Positions 50,976 through 64,000 of a stretch of 64,000 bases of DNA are shown one piece after another. This stretch comes from Marsupella aquatica (lineage: Eukaryota > Plantae > Marchantiophyta): the NCBI GenBank assembly GCA_973895155.1, contig OZ316891.1, forward strand, positions 6,171,708-6,235,707, written 5' to 3'. Each line of letters starts with the position of its first letter. Position 1 is the first letter of the stretch. Under the pieces are notes generated by a model. The model had not been told where the DNA came from. It saw only the letters and a program-made list of their open reading frames with translations, and made no database searches. The translations under genes were made by a program, and so were the position numbers.

Positions 50976-52309
50976 GCATGTAATGCGAGAATTCAAACTA
51001 TTATCCTATACTACTAAGCTATACTTAGGAAGAACTTACTAAACAAAGAATCTCCACGACAACGGGGTTACCAACTTCTACAAGCCCGTCCGCAAGCCTG
51101 CCAGTCTCTGCTAGCATGCTTATACAAATGTTGAAGTCAACCTCCATGTCACACCATTCTAGGTAATGTTAGAGTGTATTGTACTATCTAGATCTGTATG
51201 TCTGGTATGTGTGCTATATGAGCCGATAAGGTTCTGTTAGGTTTGTGTGAGAGGGTAGTTCTCTCTTCTGAGGTATTGAAAGGTTATCTTTCAATGTTGA
51301 GCCTTGGAGAGGGGAGCTTGTGTGGTGGCTATGGTGGTTGAGAGCTCTCTCTATGTAGCATGGATTCCTTGAGTGCAAGGTGCATTTGCTACACATACGT
51401 GTATGATTGGATCGGTCGGGATTGAGTGTGTATTGTTGGCGTTGAACGGTTTGGATTCTATTGAAGATTACATTGAAAGATCAAATTCAAAATCTGTTGT
51501 ATAGACTATGCGGACAGAAGTTTGATTAATTGAGTTATCGACGATTTGTGGTAACTCAGATTGTGTGTTGTTATCGAATAGATTGTTGGTATCTTGATCT
51601 GTAGCGGTGTTGAGTTGCTATCCGATCGATGTATAGATCTATGTACATCGATCGTGGGCTGGCTATCATGGGCTGGCTATCATGTTTTGAGTTTAAACAT
51701 TATCATGGGCTGGCTAAGGGATCCTATTATTGATGGCCCTAAATAAGCCAAAAATACTGATTATTTTTGTCATGATGTACATAAAGGTTTAGTGTGTGTC
51801 AATATTTGAGTTTTGAAATATAAGATTATTCTATTAGTATGCATGCCTTGGTAAATTTCATTGTCTAAAATACAAGTTTTAGAGTCCTTTCAAGTCTTGA
51901 AATGATGTGACTCATTGCGTGACAAGTACTTTTATTGATCTTTGAAGGACATATAAGGAAAGCTTCAAAATCTCAAATGCTAGATAGTTTAATGAATGTT
52001 ACCAACCTAAAGGATATTTATTAAGTATAGTACATCAAATTTTGCATATCATGTCATTAATTACACCTTACAAATGATGTCCTCTAGCATAATAAACTAT
52101 GGTCACTTCTGAATGACGTGACGTTCCTTTTGGGTCCTCCAATTGTAAATGAGGTCGTTCTTGTTGTTGGATCCTCTCTAGACAATCTTCTTGCCTATGC
52201 GTCATATTAGTTTGGTGTGGGTGCTTGATTCAATAGAAGTGATTTGGGTTTGCAACCGGACACTCTAGTTGTGCTGTGTATTTCTCTCATGGTGATGTTG
52301 GAGTGATGC

Positions 52310-52606
52310 CTCGGGGGTCTCACTATATGGGGACCTCCCCATCGCCTGCGACGTTTTTAGGCCTCGGACCCCCTAAAATGTAAGAACAAAATTTTATTTT
52401 TTAACCCCTATAAAGTTGGAATATTCTTGGAATATTCTAAAAATTGGATTAAAAAGACCCTAATGTTCTTATAAGTCTCAAAATTGAATTTAAAAGACCC
52501 TATTGTTCTTCTACAAAAATTCTTAAGTCTTCCCTTAGAACCAATAAAATGACCCTATCCTTCGTCGCACGTGATATGCCATTTTTGTGGAAGTGAAACC
52601 CCCGAG
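52310..52606 (+). mobile_element. ~296-bp MITE, CTCGGGGG...CCCCCGAG termini, 8-bp TSD, copy 1
   Basis: TSD AGTGATGC at 52302-52309 and 52607-52614. Confidence 0.92.
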
Positions 52607-53199
52607 AGTGATGCCCAACACACCATGGTGAGTGCTTGTGGTGCTAGCAGGGAAAAATTGCCTCGTTAGGATTAGCACGTAGACTAGATTGATGACCACA
52701 ATTTTGTGATTGGTTATCACGGATTATTTTGGTGTTGCAGGGCTACCCAATGGACGGTGAACCAGTTTCACTTGGAGTGGGGTGCAATTTTGGCTAGCAA
52801 CATTGGTAACAGTCAATAGGATAGCTTTAAACAGTGATTCTAACAATGGACTCAATGAGCAGTTCTTCTTATCATCAGGTGATTGCACCTTTGTTGTGGG
52901 ATATGGAAGAGATGACGGAGCTACAAAGGGCCCACGATGATACTTTGGTGCAATTGGCACGATTGATCTGATGACTTCATCCATGAGTTTGATACGTGGT
53001 GTGATATGCAAACATTATGTAATGCCACGTTGTTTACCTCTTTCATGGCATGGAATGGATTATTTCAGCATTTGGAGGGGCCACCCATGGATGATTACTA
53101 TGAGTTTTGGAAGGCTCATTTGGTTGAGATTGAGGCATGGAGGCAGCATTGATTGCCTAATCATGTATCCATCACCTATGGCACTAGTACGATTGCCCA

Positions 53200-53700
53200 A
53201 CCCATTGCCATAGTTGTTGCTTTTTCTAGCAGCACTAGCCAAAGTGGCACACCATCTACTAGTATTACTCTAACAGCATCCACAGCTACTCCTACTGGTG
53301 TGATTGTGATGGGGACTGGAGCTGCACCAACACTTAACCCTGTGGTGGAGTTCTTTAAGGTATTGAAGCAAAACTATCAGGGTATAAAGACTAATAAGTT
53401 GAAGGGTCTCTAGGGTTTTGACGCAAAACTAGAGAGAGTCTATGTGAGACATACACTTGTATGCACAGATTGATCATTGTTACCAAGAGATTGACAAAGG
53501 CTTAGGTAGTCCAGTTTTGGTATGCAATTTTGGATAGAGAATTGCGACGCAAAGTGAGAGATGTCACTTTTCTTAGGGATGCAAATCCCACATTGGCAAT
53601 TATTTTTACACTTTTTGAGCGCATTGAACTCAATATGGTGAATGAGAAAGTGGTGACCTCCAGATTTGCCAAGGAAGCACCTGTCCAAAGGTTGCATCTA
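53200..53700 (+). pseudogene. Possible decayed gag-like remnant
   Basis: VVEFFKVLKQNYQGIKT..GFDAK and LRRKVRDVTFLRDANPTLAIIFTLFERIELNMV resemble capsid-type helices; many stops. Confidence 0.35.
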
Positions 53701-54849
53701 CATCCACATCATAGCCCTACTCACGCAAGAGCCAGAGGGAAAAGCCCACTGCACAAGAATCTACTAGTCAGAGACGTGTGCCTTCCTATGTTGGACAACA
53801 GTCAAGATGTTGGACCTGTGGTGAGGACCATGCACAATGATATTTCCCTAATCATAGAGGGTCAGGAGGGGCTTCAGCACTTTATCAGCAACAATGTGAT
53901 CATTGTGAAGTTCCTGAACACACCAAGGATAGATATTTCTCACTCCATCCTGAGTTGCAAAGAGGAGGATAGTGCACACATGATCAGGGAAGAGGAGATA
54001 GAGGTGGTCGTCGTGGCCGAGGTATGCCACTTATAGGAAGACAAGGAGGTGATGTTGCTCCTACTATAACCACAGATCCTAAGGACGCTAAGCTTTCTCA
54101 ATTGGAGCAACAACTAACTGCTATGGCTAGTTCTTAAGTGTGACCTGCTTCTAGTGATGGGGCTTCTACATCTCATGGAGCATCCACATCCTATGGGGCT
54201 GATGGAGACCACCATGGGATTCATGTGTGACACTGTGTATATTGATGCATCAATAGCTTTGACACGTGGGGCAGCCAAAGCTCTTGAGCCCCAAGGAGCA
54301 GTAATGGAGCTAGATCCACAAAGGTGGGATGCACATTGTCAGACAAACTTCCTCAATCTTTTACATTGTCAGAGACAGTTTAGGCTGCCTCTATGAACCT
54401 GATTCAGACAAACCCTGGTGTGGGTAAGTTGACATAATCATGGGATGTTGCAGCATGGATGATAGGTACCTTGTTGGGGACGGCTACCACCATAGTGTGC
54501 ACCCCACTATTTTCAGCGATAAATACGTTGACATTGAGGTTGGTCCAACTGATGTGTTCAGATTTTCAGCCACATTATGCAAGGATTATCCGGATACTCC
54601 AGTTTTGGCTTCTCATGCAGAGGTAGCATGCAGTTCTAGAGCAATAGAGTTGACACCACCTACTGCTACTAGTGACACATGGCATGTAGCAGCGGCAAAG
54701 TTGATGGATTTTCTAGCACGCCTTGCATTTGAGAGGAGTAGGTTTAAACCTAGCATTGTGTCATTGGATAATCGAAGTGGTATCTTCTAATTAGTTGGGC
54801 CTAATTACCAATATTGATAAACTTCCTAGGTTCGATCTCAATCTTTTGT

Positions 54850-56580
54850 GCTTGTCGCAAATCCACCATGCCTTTAGTCATTCCAGCTCCTTGTAACTCC
54901 TTGATTTCTTCCTTTGTCGGTGGCAACCTTGAAGTTTCGCTCTTGTTGGTGGTCACCGACTACACAAGTCAGAACTTTGAATGTTCATTTTCTTGTAATA
55001 GCTCACCTTCTTAATAGATTTCCATGTAATGTACACTTGAGTAGTCTTGGAATTTGTGGAAAGCGGTCACTAGTCTGGAGTTGGAATAGTCAGAAGTGTA
55101 CCCTTCTTTAGTAGATGTTTCTCCGAGGTAAGGTCCAGTCCCCAATTCATTTTAACACGTGGTTCTCCAAAAGACAATTCTTGTTGTTCCCATTAACTTT
55201 CACCTTGGCCTTATATAGCCATGGCCTGCCTAACAAAATTGGAAAACTCGATTGAATTTTAGGATCTATCACAACATAATCAAGATGAAAATTAAGTCCT
55301 ACTATATTAGTTGGCACCTTATTGAGTTTTCCTACTAGAATAACTTGTGACTGGTCCGTCATTCTCAAAATTTTAAGGGTATGCTCAAATGTTGTTAACC
55401 CAAGGTCAGAAGCTACCGTCTTGGTCATAAGGTTCACACTTGAACTTCCATTCACTGGTACCTTTTTGATTACACAACCCTCTACCTGAATGTCAATTTC
55501 AGGTGGTCCTTGGTCTTCCCACTCCATTCTCAAAATCTCAATAGTACCTGGTAACTTGACACATCTCCTCCTTCCCATTAGTAAACTTCTCAATTGTTTT
55601 TGCTAGGTAGGATTATCTTGCAACAATTCTCCTATTTGTAATATTGGCGGGATGATTTATGACATCTTGAACTATGTCATAATGAGTTCTCTTTAATTTC
55701 AGGAATCAGCTTCTTAGGTGCACTCACCTCAGGTGGATCATGTTTTGGGTCTTGTTACTAGGTAGTCCCTTATCTCATTTGAGATGTCAGGTACAAATAC
55801 TATGTCTATGATAAGCTGAATCTTGATCTTTAGGTCAGCCTTCCTCAGAAGGGGTCCTATTTGTTTTAGGGGGTTTCTTCTTTCTATTCTTATCATCAAC
55901 ATTTCTTTCTTCTTCCCCTTTTCCTTTAGATCGAGTAGTTGCAAAACTATCCAAAATTAGGTCACGATTCTGCACCCTAGTATTTGGTTGACCTGCTACT
56001 CCCGTTTTGACTAAATCTTTCACTTCCATGTTAAAAAAAATTCAATCAAGGATTGTTCAAAAACTTCTAGAGGTGAGAATGTGGATTTTACTAGCAGATC
56101 TTCCTTTAGATTTTCAGTATTACCAATATAATGTCCACCATTCGATTTAGTTTTGATTGTTCATCAACAAAAATGTAATGACAATGGTCTACCTACTCCG
56201 TATTATACACCATTCTAACATTGGCCTCTGGTCGTGAAGGTTCCTTTGCAAGTTCTTGTGCAAACCTTACCATCATCTGTGGTTTAGGGGGGTTAGGGCA
56301 TTCCACTGGTAAATGTCCCTCCTTACCACAATTTCCACAAATAGGTGTAAATACTTCTTCTTGTCTACTTAGGGTATGGATAGTAGGGTATGGACAATAG
56401 GGTATGGACATTGTGGGATATATGTAGCTAGTGACCCTTCTATCCACAATTCTAGCACTTAGTACCTCGATCTCTTGGAGCTCCTTTTGGTTGATATCCT
56501 CCTGGAGGTCCCATCAGTGGTCTTGGTACCGGTCTCTGAGAAGGTCCAGGTTGTGCTGAGTATAGGAAAATACTGTGGTC
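54850..56580 (-). pseudogene. Old gag-protease remnant related to the tandem gypsy element
   Basis: CGNCGKEGHLPVEC knuckle; LLMGRRR..EDQGPPEIDIQVEGCVIKKVPVNGSSSVNLMT..SSFPILLGRPWLY aligns with the 1770-aa ORF protease region. Confidence 0.8.
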
Positions 56581-56592
56581 TAGCATTCTGAG

Positions 56593-56889
56593 CTCGAGGG
56601 TTTCACTTCCACAAAAATGGCATATCACGTGCGACGAAGGATAGGGTCATTTTATTGGTTCTAAGGGAAGACTTAAGAATTTTTGTAGAAGAACAATAGG
56701 GTCTTTCAAATTCAATTTTGAGACTTATAAGAACATTAGAGCCTTTTTAATCCAATTTTTAGAATATTCCAAGAATATTCCAACTTTATAGGGGTTAAAA
56801 AATATTTAAAAATTCTTACATTTTAGGGGGTCCGAGCCCTAAAAACGTCGCAGGCGATGGGGAGGTCCCCATATAGTGAGACCCCCGAG
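56593..56889 (-). mobile_element. ~296-bp MITE, copy 2
   Basis: TSD ATTCTGAG at 56585-56592 and 56890-56897. Confidence 0.92.
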
Positions 56890-59354
56890 ATTCTGAGTTT
56901 GAAGTGCATATATATCATTATATCTAACACTATAATAGGCAATGCTGCCCATTTGGCCAATTTTGTTTGTCGTCCCGTTACAAATTTGAATTCAAGCGGG
57001 AATCAAAATTGACCGTCATATGCAAAAATTGCATTTTTCATAACCGTTCGATCTTCTAATACCCTCTTACAATGAGGCACGCATGCCAGGAACGAGGCAC
57101 GCAGGCATAATGAGGACCGCGCAATTGTTCCCTTCCGTGCACTCATAATGACGGATGCAGGCCAGCCATTTGCATGGCACAAGGCATTCAAAAGGCACAG
57201 GTGCATAGGTCTTTGGGCCTCATTCCCTCCTCATTCACTCGCTTTGCTCAGGCGCACAGGGCTTCGTGCCTCATTCCTGCCTAACTCGCTCGATTCCCTC
57301 CCCTTGGCCCCGACTCGCTTGCCTCAACACTACTTGATCGCCCCCTCCCAGCCTTGCGCATAGGGCTTCGGGCCCTCCTGGCCTGACACCCTAGCTTGAT
57401 TCGCTCCCCCAGGCGCATAGGGCTTTGTGCCTCATTCCTGCCTCACTCGCTCGCCCCCATCTTGACACGCTCCTCTCCCCTCGCGTCGCCTTGCTCCTGG
57501 CCCGACACCCATCCCCCGACACCCCTACCTTGCTCGCCTCCCTCTCACCTTGCGTCCTCCTTGCCCCAACACCCCTGCTTTGCTCGCCTCCCTCTTGCCT
57601 CACGCATAGGGCTTCGGGCCTTCCTTTTGGCCTCGCCTCGCCTTCCATGCGCCCCACCCCCAAGTGGCCAAGTCCCCCACCACAGGTACACTCCTTCCCA
57701 TTCCCGCAAAGTAAATTTGGCTTAAACAATCTTGATGTTTCCCTTTCAAAAAAATTAAATAAATCATTTAGGATTAAGATATGGTAAGTTTCCTCTTGCC
57801 GGTGTCAAAAGGAAATTAGATTATATGGAGAAAATCTTGGTTTGTGTGAAAATATAAAAGTAGAGGTTTTTGTGATAAAAAGTAGATTTTGGGTTTTACC
57901 AAGTAAAATTATAAGTCTTGGTAATTTTCAAGATCTACCATAGTAAATAGTAAACTTCTAGAATTTACCAGAGTAAAAAGGTAAATTCCAATAACTTCTA
58001 GAATCTACCATAGTAAATAGTAATTTCTAGTATTTATCATAGTAAAAAAGTAAATTCTGGTAACTTCTAGAATTTTCCATGATAAAAAAGTGAGTTCTAG
58101 AATTTATCGTGGTAAAAAAGTAAAATCTAGTAAGTTCTAGTAAGTTCTAGTATCTTCTAGGATACTCTTGTAAAGGGACCAGCATGACTTGGCTCTAACT
58201 ATAAATAAGAGGGAGGCTCGCCCTCCTAGGAGAGTTCATTTTCCACCATTTCAAGCATATGAGTGTGAGAATAGATAGGGCATATTGCGTGCATTTGCAT
58301 TGGAGGAATGCTTGAACATTGGTTCTAGAACTAACAAAATCATGGCTATGCTGTCGATTTCTATGGTGGAAGGATTCTAAGTTTCTTGATTCTTGGTCAT
58401 GGAAGGCATTGCCACCACTCGAATACCTTGACGATGGATCTTTGAATCTGGCAAGGTCGGCTATGCCACCAATACCATAGATATAATATCCACAAACCTG
58501 TGATCAAGTAGGAACGGCTATGCCGCTGAACCTCTCTTAGTTAGAAAGCATATAGGAAGTATGAATGTCAATATTGATTTGAATGAGAGTCCACAGATTC
58601 TGAATTTGCGTTCTACAGTGGGCATTAAGTTGATAGTAAAGAGGAAGGTAGATATTAGGCAGGTTCTTACACAGAAGTTTGGGGAAGAAGGATACACTAC
58701 AATTATCACATCATCAGATCCATTAATACTGTATAGATGCACAGATGGGGATGTGAGTGTGTTCATAATAGTGTAATGGAGAGAGATCATAGCCGAGAGA
58801 GTTGATAGAAGCACGTAGAGAAGATTCACTTGGAGGAGAGATTTGTGGAGTGTGGGTCTGGCATCGACTACTCTGGTGTTATTGCCAATATCTGGAGTAG
58901 ATCACACATATCTCTTGGTACCAAAAGTGCTTAGGAGTCCTTGCAGAAAAGGGTACGCCCTTTCCACTTAGCTTATCTGGAGAAAACCGCAAGAGGCACA
59001 CTGGAATCCAAGGAACTTAGGTATTAGGTAGACCTGTTGCCTCAATGTATGTCAATGAATTTCAGAAGAGGGGGCTGTTGCATGCCCACATTCTGATAAT
59101 ATTGGTGGAACAACATAAGCTTTGCACCTCGGAGCTGATTGACCAATTGGTTTTGGCAGAGATACCGGATGCATGAGTACATCCCCAATTATATTAGACT
59201 ATAATGAAGTCCATGGTGCATGGTCCTTGCGGCCGTTGTCGTGATAATTCAATTATTCATGATAAAATCATTATCACTAAGTACATTATTTAGTATATAG
59301 GTTAGGTTTATATTTTGTTACAGGGTAAGTTCTAAATAGTTTGACTATTATTTA

Positions 59355-59705
59355 TGTGCATGCAAGGTAAGCAACTATGCAAATCACAAGATGCATGCAC
59401 AAATTATTTTATTTGCATGCATTAGACTTTGTTTTATGTGCATGCAAGGTAAACAAGTGTGCAAGCCACAAGGTGCATGCACAAATTATTTTAGATGCAT
59501 GCAAATTATTTTATTTTCATGCATTAGTTGTTTTATGCGCATGCAAGGTGAGCAAATGTGCAAGCCATAATGTGCATGCACAAATTATTTTATGCGCATG
59601 CAAGGTGAGCAAATGTGCAAGCCACAAGAGGCATGCACAAATTGTTTTATGCGCATGCAAGGTGAGCAAATATGCAAGCCACAAGGTGCATGCATTAGTT
59701 GTTTT
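59355..59705. repeat. ~53-bp degenerate tandem repeat rich in TGCATGCA
   Basis: Repeated gcatgcaaggtgagcaaatgtgcaagccacaaggtgcatgcacaaattattttat. Confidence 0.8.
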
Positions 59706-60219
59706 ACTTGCAAGCATCATTTATTTTGATTGCAATAGTACTAGCTGCACACATTCATACTTTAAATGTGTGTCACTTGGCTTTCATCCAAGTGTTTGGG
59801 AGTAATTCATGCCCTCTTGGATTCAATATAAATAAAATGGTGAGGGGCACTCTCTTCTCATTCCCACATTTTGATAATTTTTGTGTCGAAGCAATCCTCT
59901 TTTTTTTTCTCATATTTCTCTTCTATTATTTGCCTTATGTACATAGGTAATGGGGCATCATTTGGCTTAGATAACAAAGAAATGAGTGGTAGACTTATAG
60001 ATGTGATCTTAGAGAATAAGGTTTCTTTGGGAACTTAGGGATGGGGCATCTTTTGGCCTGGATAGCAAAAGAACAAGAAAGTCATTATGAATCCAGGAGG
60101 GAAAACTATCCCTAATCTTTCCCTTCGTAACCCATTTTTGGTTAGAGTCCATCTTTTAGACAAGTCATCCATGAGGCAACATTCTCGGCAACATTTAACT
60201 TATCACTTTGGAGCTCAAT

Positions 60220-60515
60220 CTTGGGGGTTTCACTTCCACAAAAATGACATATCACGTGCGACAAAGGATAGGGTCATTTTATTGGTTCTAAGGGAAGACT
60301 TAAGAATTTTTGCAGAAGAACAATAGGGTCTTTTAAATTCAATTTGGAGACTTATAAGAACATTAGGGTCTTTTCAATCCAAATTTTGGAATATTCCAAG
60401 AATATTCCAACTTTATAGGGGTTGAAAAATAATTTTTTTTCTTACATTTTAGGGGATTCGAGGCCTAAAAACGTCGTAGGTAATGGGGAGGTCCCCATAT
60501 AGTGAGACCCCCGAG
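60220..60515 (-). mobile_element. ~296-bp MITE, copy 3
   Basis: TSD AGCTCAAT at 60212-60219 and 60516-60523. Confidence 0.92.
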
Positions 60516-62930
60516 AGCTCAATTTGCAGCTGCTTTTATGAGTTCTAATGAGCCAATAGTATACCCAGTAGTGTCTTACCGAGAGGAGTGGGAACGCATT
60601 ATCTTTGTCCTTTATTGAAGTCATGGATCTAAATAGGAGTCCAGATGACATTTCTATTTCATTTTCTCTTTGAGATATTAATTAGGATTATATGTTGTAG
60701 AAAAATTAGTTTCCGAGATGTATTGATCTGCAAGTATGGTGAAGTAGGATTTAATAGTATATTAGTTTCACCTGAACCCTTCTTAATATCCACTACCCTT
60801 CTTACAAGAGTTATCATTTTGGTTTTAGTGTAAAACTTATGAGCATGCAAGGTTAACTTCATAAGAGCCAACATGCTCTTACTAGAAAACACGGTCACCC
60901 GGACACCGTGGGTATCCAAACTCACCTTGCATGGTTGATGGACAGTGCAACAAGGGCTATTTGCAATCATTCTCAACTGAAACAAGTTTTGGAGATGATG
61001 GATATCCTTTGTATCGACGTCAGGATGATCAATGGCCGCAGTTTCTCAAAGGACTGCAACGGTTTGAGTTTGACAATAGGTGGGTTTTTCCTCACAATCC
61101 ATATTTGAGCATGAGATTTAATGCTCATATCAATGTGGAAATTTGTTGCTCCATTAAAGCAATCAAGTATTTATATGAGTATTGTTATAAGGGGCACGAT
61201 AAAGCAACGGTGGAGGTGGAGCAACGAGATGAAGTGAAGGAGCATTTAGATGCCAGATATGTGTCTGCTGCTAAAGGAGTATGGCGCATTAATCAGTTTG
61301 AAATGTCTGAAAGTACTACTTCGGTGCAATAATTGCAAGTGCATTGTGAGGGAGAACAATCCATAATGTTCAATGAGGATTCAGAGATCAATGATATGGT
61401 GCAACAAAAATCTCACAGGGACATAACTCTCACACGGTGGTTCAAAGCTAATGAATTGCATGAACATGCAAGAGAACTTTTATACAACAATTTCCCCCAT
61501 GAGTTTGTATGGGATGTGTCGTCCCGTGCATGGAACCCACGAAGAAGAGGGTTTAGCATTGGTAGGATGTATTTTGTGTCGCCAGCCGCGGGCGAACGGT
61601 ACTACCTAACGGCGCTTCTTCTTCACATCAAAGGTGCAACATCATTCATTGACCTTTGCACTTTTGAGGGCACTATATACCCAACTTTTCAGGCTGCGGC
61701 TCTTGCCCAAGCCCGTGCTTGAGGTTTGTATGAGAATGATGAGTGGGATAGATGCCTTCAAGAAGCAGCAAGCATGCACACCGGGGCGCAAATGAGGCAA
61801 CTATTTATTATAATATTATTGTTTGGAGGTGTTGCCAAACCGTGCGATCTATAGACACAACATGCATCCAATTTGAGTGATGATTGTATGCATCGTTTGC
61901 AATTGATGGGGTTCTTAGATTCAACGGACCAACAACAACAGAGCTTTGCTCTATATTTGATGGATGAGGCTTTGAAAAGTGACAGTAAAACATTGTTGGA
62001 GTTTAGTCTTCCGGAACCAGGTATGCAGTTTTTCCAATCTGAGGAGGTGAATAGAAATAGTTTGATAAGAGAGGAGATATGTTATCCGATGGATGTCCTT
62101 CTACAACAACTTGCAGAACAGGAGCCATTATTGAATGAGGGTCAAAGGGCAACATACAATGCAATACTTGCAGCGATGAGGGCTCAAGATGGATTAACAT
62201 ACTTTATTGATGGACCTGGGGGGACGGGGAAAACGATTGTGGAGAATGTTCTACTTTGGCGAGTCCGTGCAGATGGGGACGTTGCACTGGCCGTAGCTTC
62301 CTCGGGTATTGCAAGTTTTTTGTTAGATGGAGGACACACCACGCATTCATGATTCAAGTTACTATTGAAACCAATCTCGACATCGACATGTGCCATCCCA
62401 AAACAATCTGACCTTGTTGGATTATTGCAGAGGGCAACTTTTATTTTGTGAGATGAAGCACCCATGATCCATTGGCATGGAGTGGAGGCGTTGGATAGAA
62501 CTTTACGCAAGGTAATGATCGGATCTTTGGAGGGGTTATAGTTGTATTTGCAGGAGATTTTTGACAAGTACTTCTAGTGAAGGCAAGGGTAAGTCGTCCA
62601 AAGATTGTGGGGTCATGTTTGAAGAAGTTGTGTATTTGGAGCTGTATACGTACTTTCAAGCTGAAAATATGCAGGCAAGAGTAACTCTGCATCTCCTGAA
62701 TTTGGTAATGTTACATTTCCGGAGTGGCTACTAAAATTGGGCGATGATAAACTCCCAAAGGGAGGGCCTTCAAATAATCTAATTACTTGCCCTGAGTCTA
62801 TGGTGGTGGATGGAGGACGTGTGGAATCATTGATTCATGCAATTTACCCATCTCTTGCTAATGTGGACGATAAGTTCCTAAGTGAGAGAACTATCTTGGC
62901 TCCAACAAATGACAAGGCGCTTAAAATTAA

Positions 62931-62977
62931 TAAACCCTAAACCCTAATCCTTAAACCCTAAACCCTAAACCCTAAAC
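62931..62977. repeat. Interstitial plant-type telomeric repeat (TAAACCC)n, ~6 units, one degenerate
   Basis: taaaccctaaaccctaatccttaaaccctaaaccctaaaccctaaac. Confidence 0.85.
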
Positions 62978-63288
62978 TCCTGAATTTGGTAATGGATTAT
63001 GTTCACTTTACACACTTTGCGTTTTTCCCTACTTTAGTGTTAGCATGCTAGGGAAAAAGGCCCTTAAGCCCGCCCCTAAGTGGGAGTTTTACCAACATGG
63101 TAGTGTGTCCATTTTGCCTTAGTTGTGTATACCACATGATCTTGCTACACAACCTTTTCAATGTGTTCATGTGGATACGTGTGGAAATATGACTACCATT
63201 GGCATTGGATGTACTAAGCTGTACTTTCTGATTTTTTCTGATGGTTATTTTCATCGATGGGTAGTTAGTCTTTCCGATAAGGGACAGG

Positions 63289-63584
63289 CTCGGGGGTCTT
63301 ACTATATGGGGACCTCCCCATCGCTTGCGACGTTTTTAGGCCTCGGACCCCCTAAAATGTAAGAATTTTTTTTAATTTTTTAACCCTATGAAGTTGGAAT
63401 ATTCTTGGAATATTCTAAAAATTGGATTAAAAAGACCCTAATGTTATTATAAGTCTCAAAATTGAATTTAAAAGACCCTATTGTTCTTCTACAAAAATTC
63501 TTAAGTCTTCTCTTAGAACCAATAAAATGACCCTATCCTTCGTCGCATGTGATATGCCATTTTTGTGGAAGTGAAACCCCCGAG
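63289..63584 (+). mobile_element. ~296-bp MITE, copy 4
   Basis: TSD GGGACAGG at 63281-63288 and 63585-63592. Confidence 0.92.
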
Positions 63585-64000
63585 GGGACAGGTATTCTTC
63601 ACAAGGCAGATCTACCCCCTTCCCATGTGGGACATGCTCCCATTTTGTTGAGGTTTCTCCTATCATTTTAACAGAGAATGAGGAGAAAGTGCGTGATAGA
63701 ATTGCACACTTTCCCACTTTTGAAAACATGTATGAGCTTCTCGGTCCTAGTTCTGATTTAAAGTGGAACCCCCATGTTGCTGCAAGGAATTAAATTTCCC
63801 TTATGTAAATCTTGAGGATGTCTTTGGGGGCTTTTTTCTAATTTTTATTTTAAAATCTGTGAAACCCCTCGGGCACAACTTTGAACCCATGCCAAGACCT
63901 ATGAGTGACCACTATAGACTCTGTCAAGTGAGCTACCACACAACCATGCCTCTTTGGGGACTTTAAAGAAACAAGGAATTGTTACTTGAATGTGTTGTTA

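Larger units (their letters stand above)
56923..62930 (+). mobile_element. Decayed Helitron (Rep/PIF1 helicase pseudogene)
   Basis: Rep HUH motif EFQKRGLLHAHILI (~59057-59100); MVHGPCG; GYPLYRR..DNRWV..NAHINVE..IKYLYEYCYKGHD; GERYYL; Walker A GPGGTGKT; LAPTN. 5' end A|TCTAACACTATAA is tentative and no 3' CTRR end was identified. Confidence 0.85.

Overview
Eukaryotic, land-plant-type DNA (bryophyte-like by inference; no species call possible) made mostly of nested transposons. The main feature is a 35.4-kb element (1735-37096) bounded by ~157-bp inverted repeats and an exact 10-bp flanking direct repeat. It carries a decayed DDD transposase (Sola1/DUF7869-like) and, divergently, a decayed cargo gene with a ParB/Srx-like domain upstream of a beta-class N4/N6 DNA-methyltransferase-like domain; arrays of a palindromic motif lie between the two genes. 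Nested inside are: a tandem non-chromovirus Ty3/gypsy retrotransposon whose 4-kb LTRs each contain an entire 878-codon ORF; a 5-kb solo LTR of a second family with a homologous in-LTR ORF; a 2112-bp element with 5-bp TSD and AGT...ACT ends; and two MITEs with 4-bp TSDs. The right half holds three intronless host-type genes (Sin3-like PAH, Nudix hydrolase, frameshifted F-box/kelch), a second 2112-bp element, four ~296-bp MITEs with 8-bp TSDs, gypsy remnants and a decayed Helitron ending at a short telomeric patch. All domain calls are from motifs recognised by eye; no searches were run.
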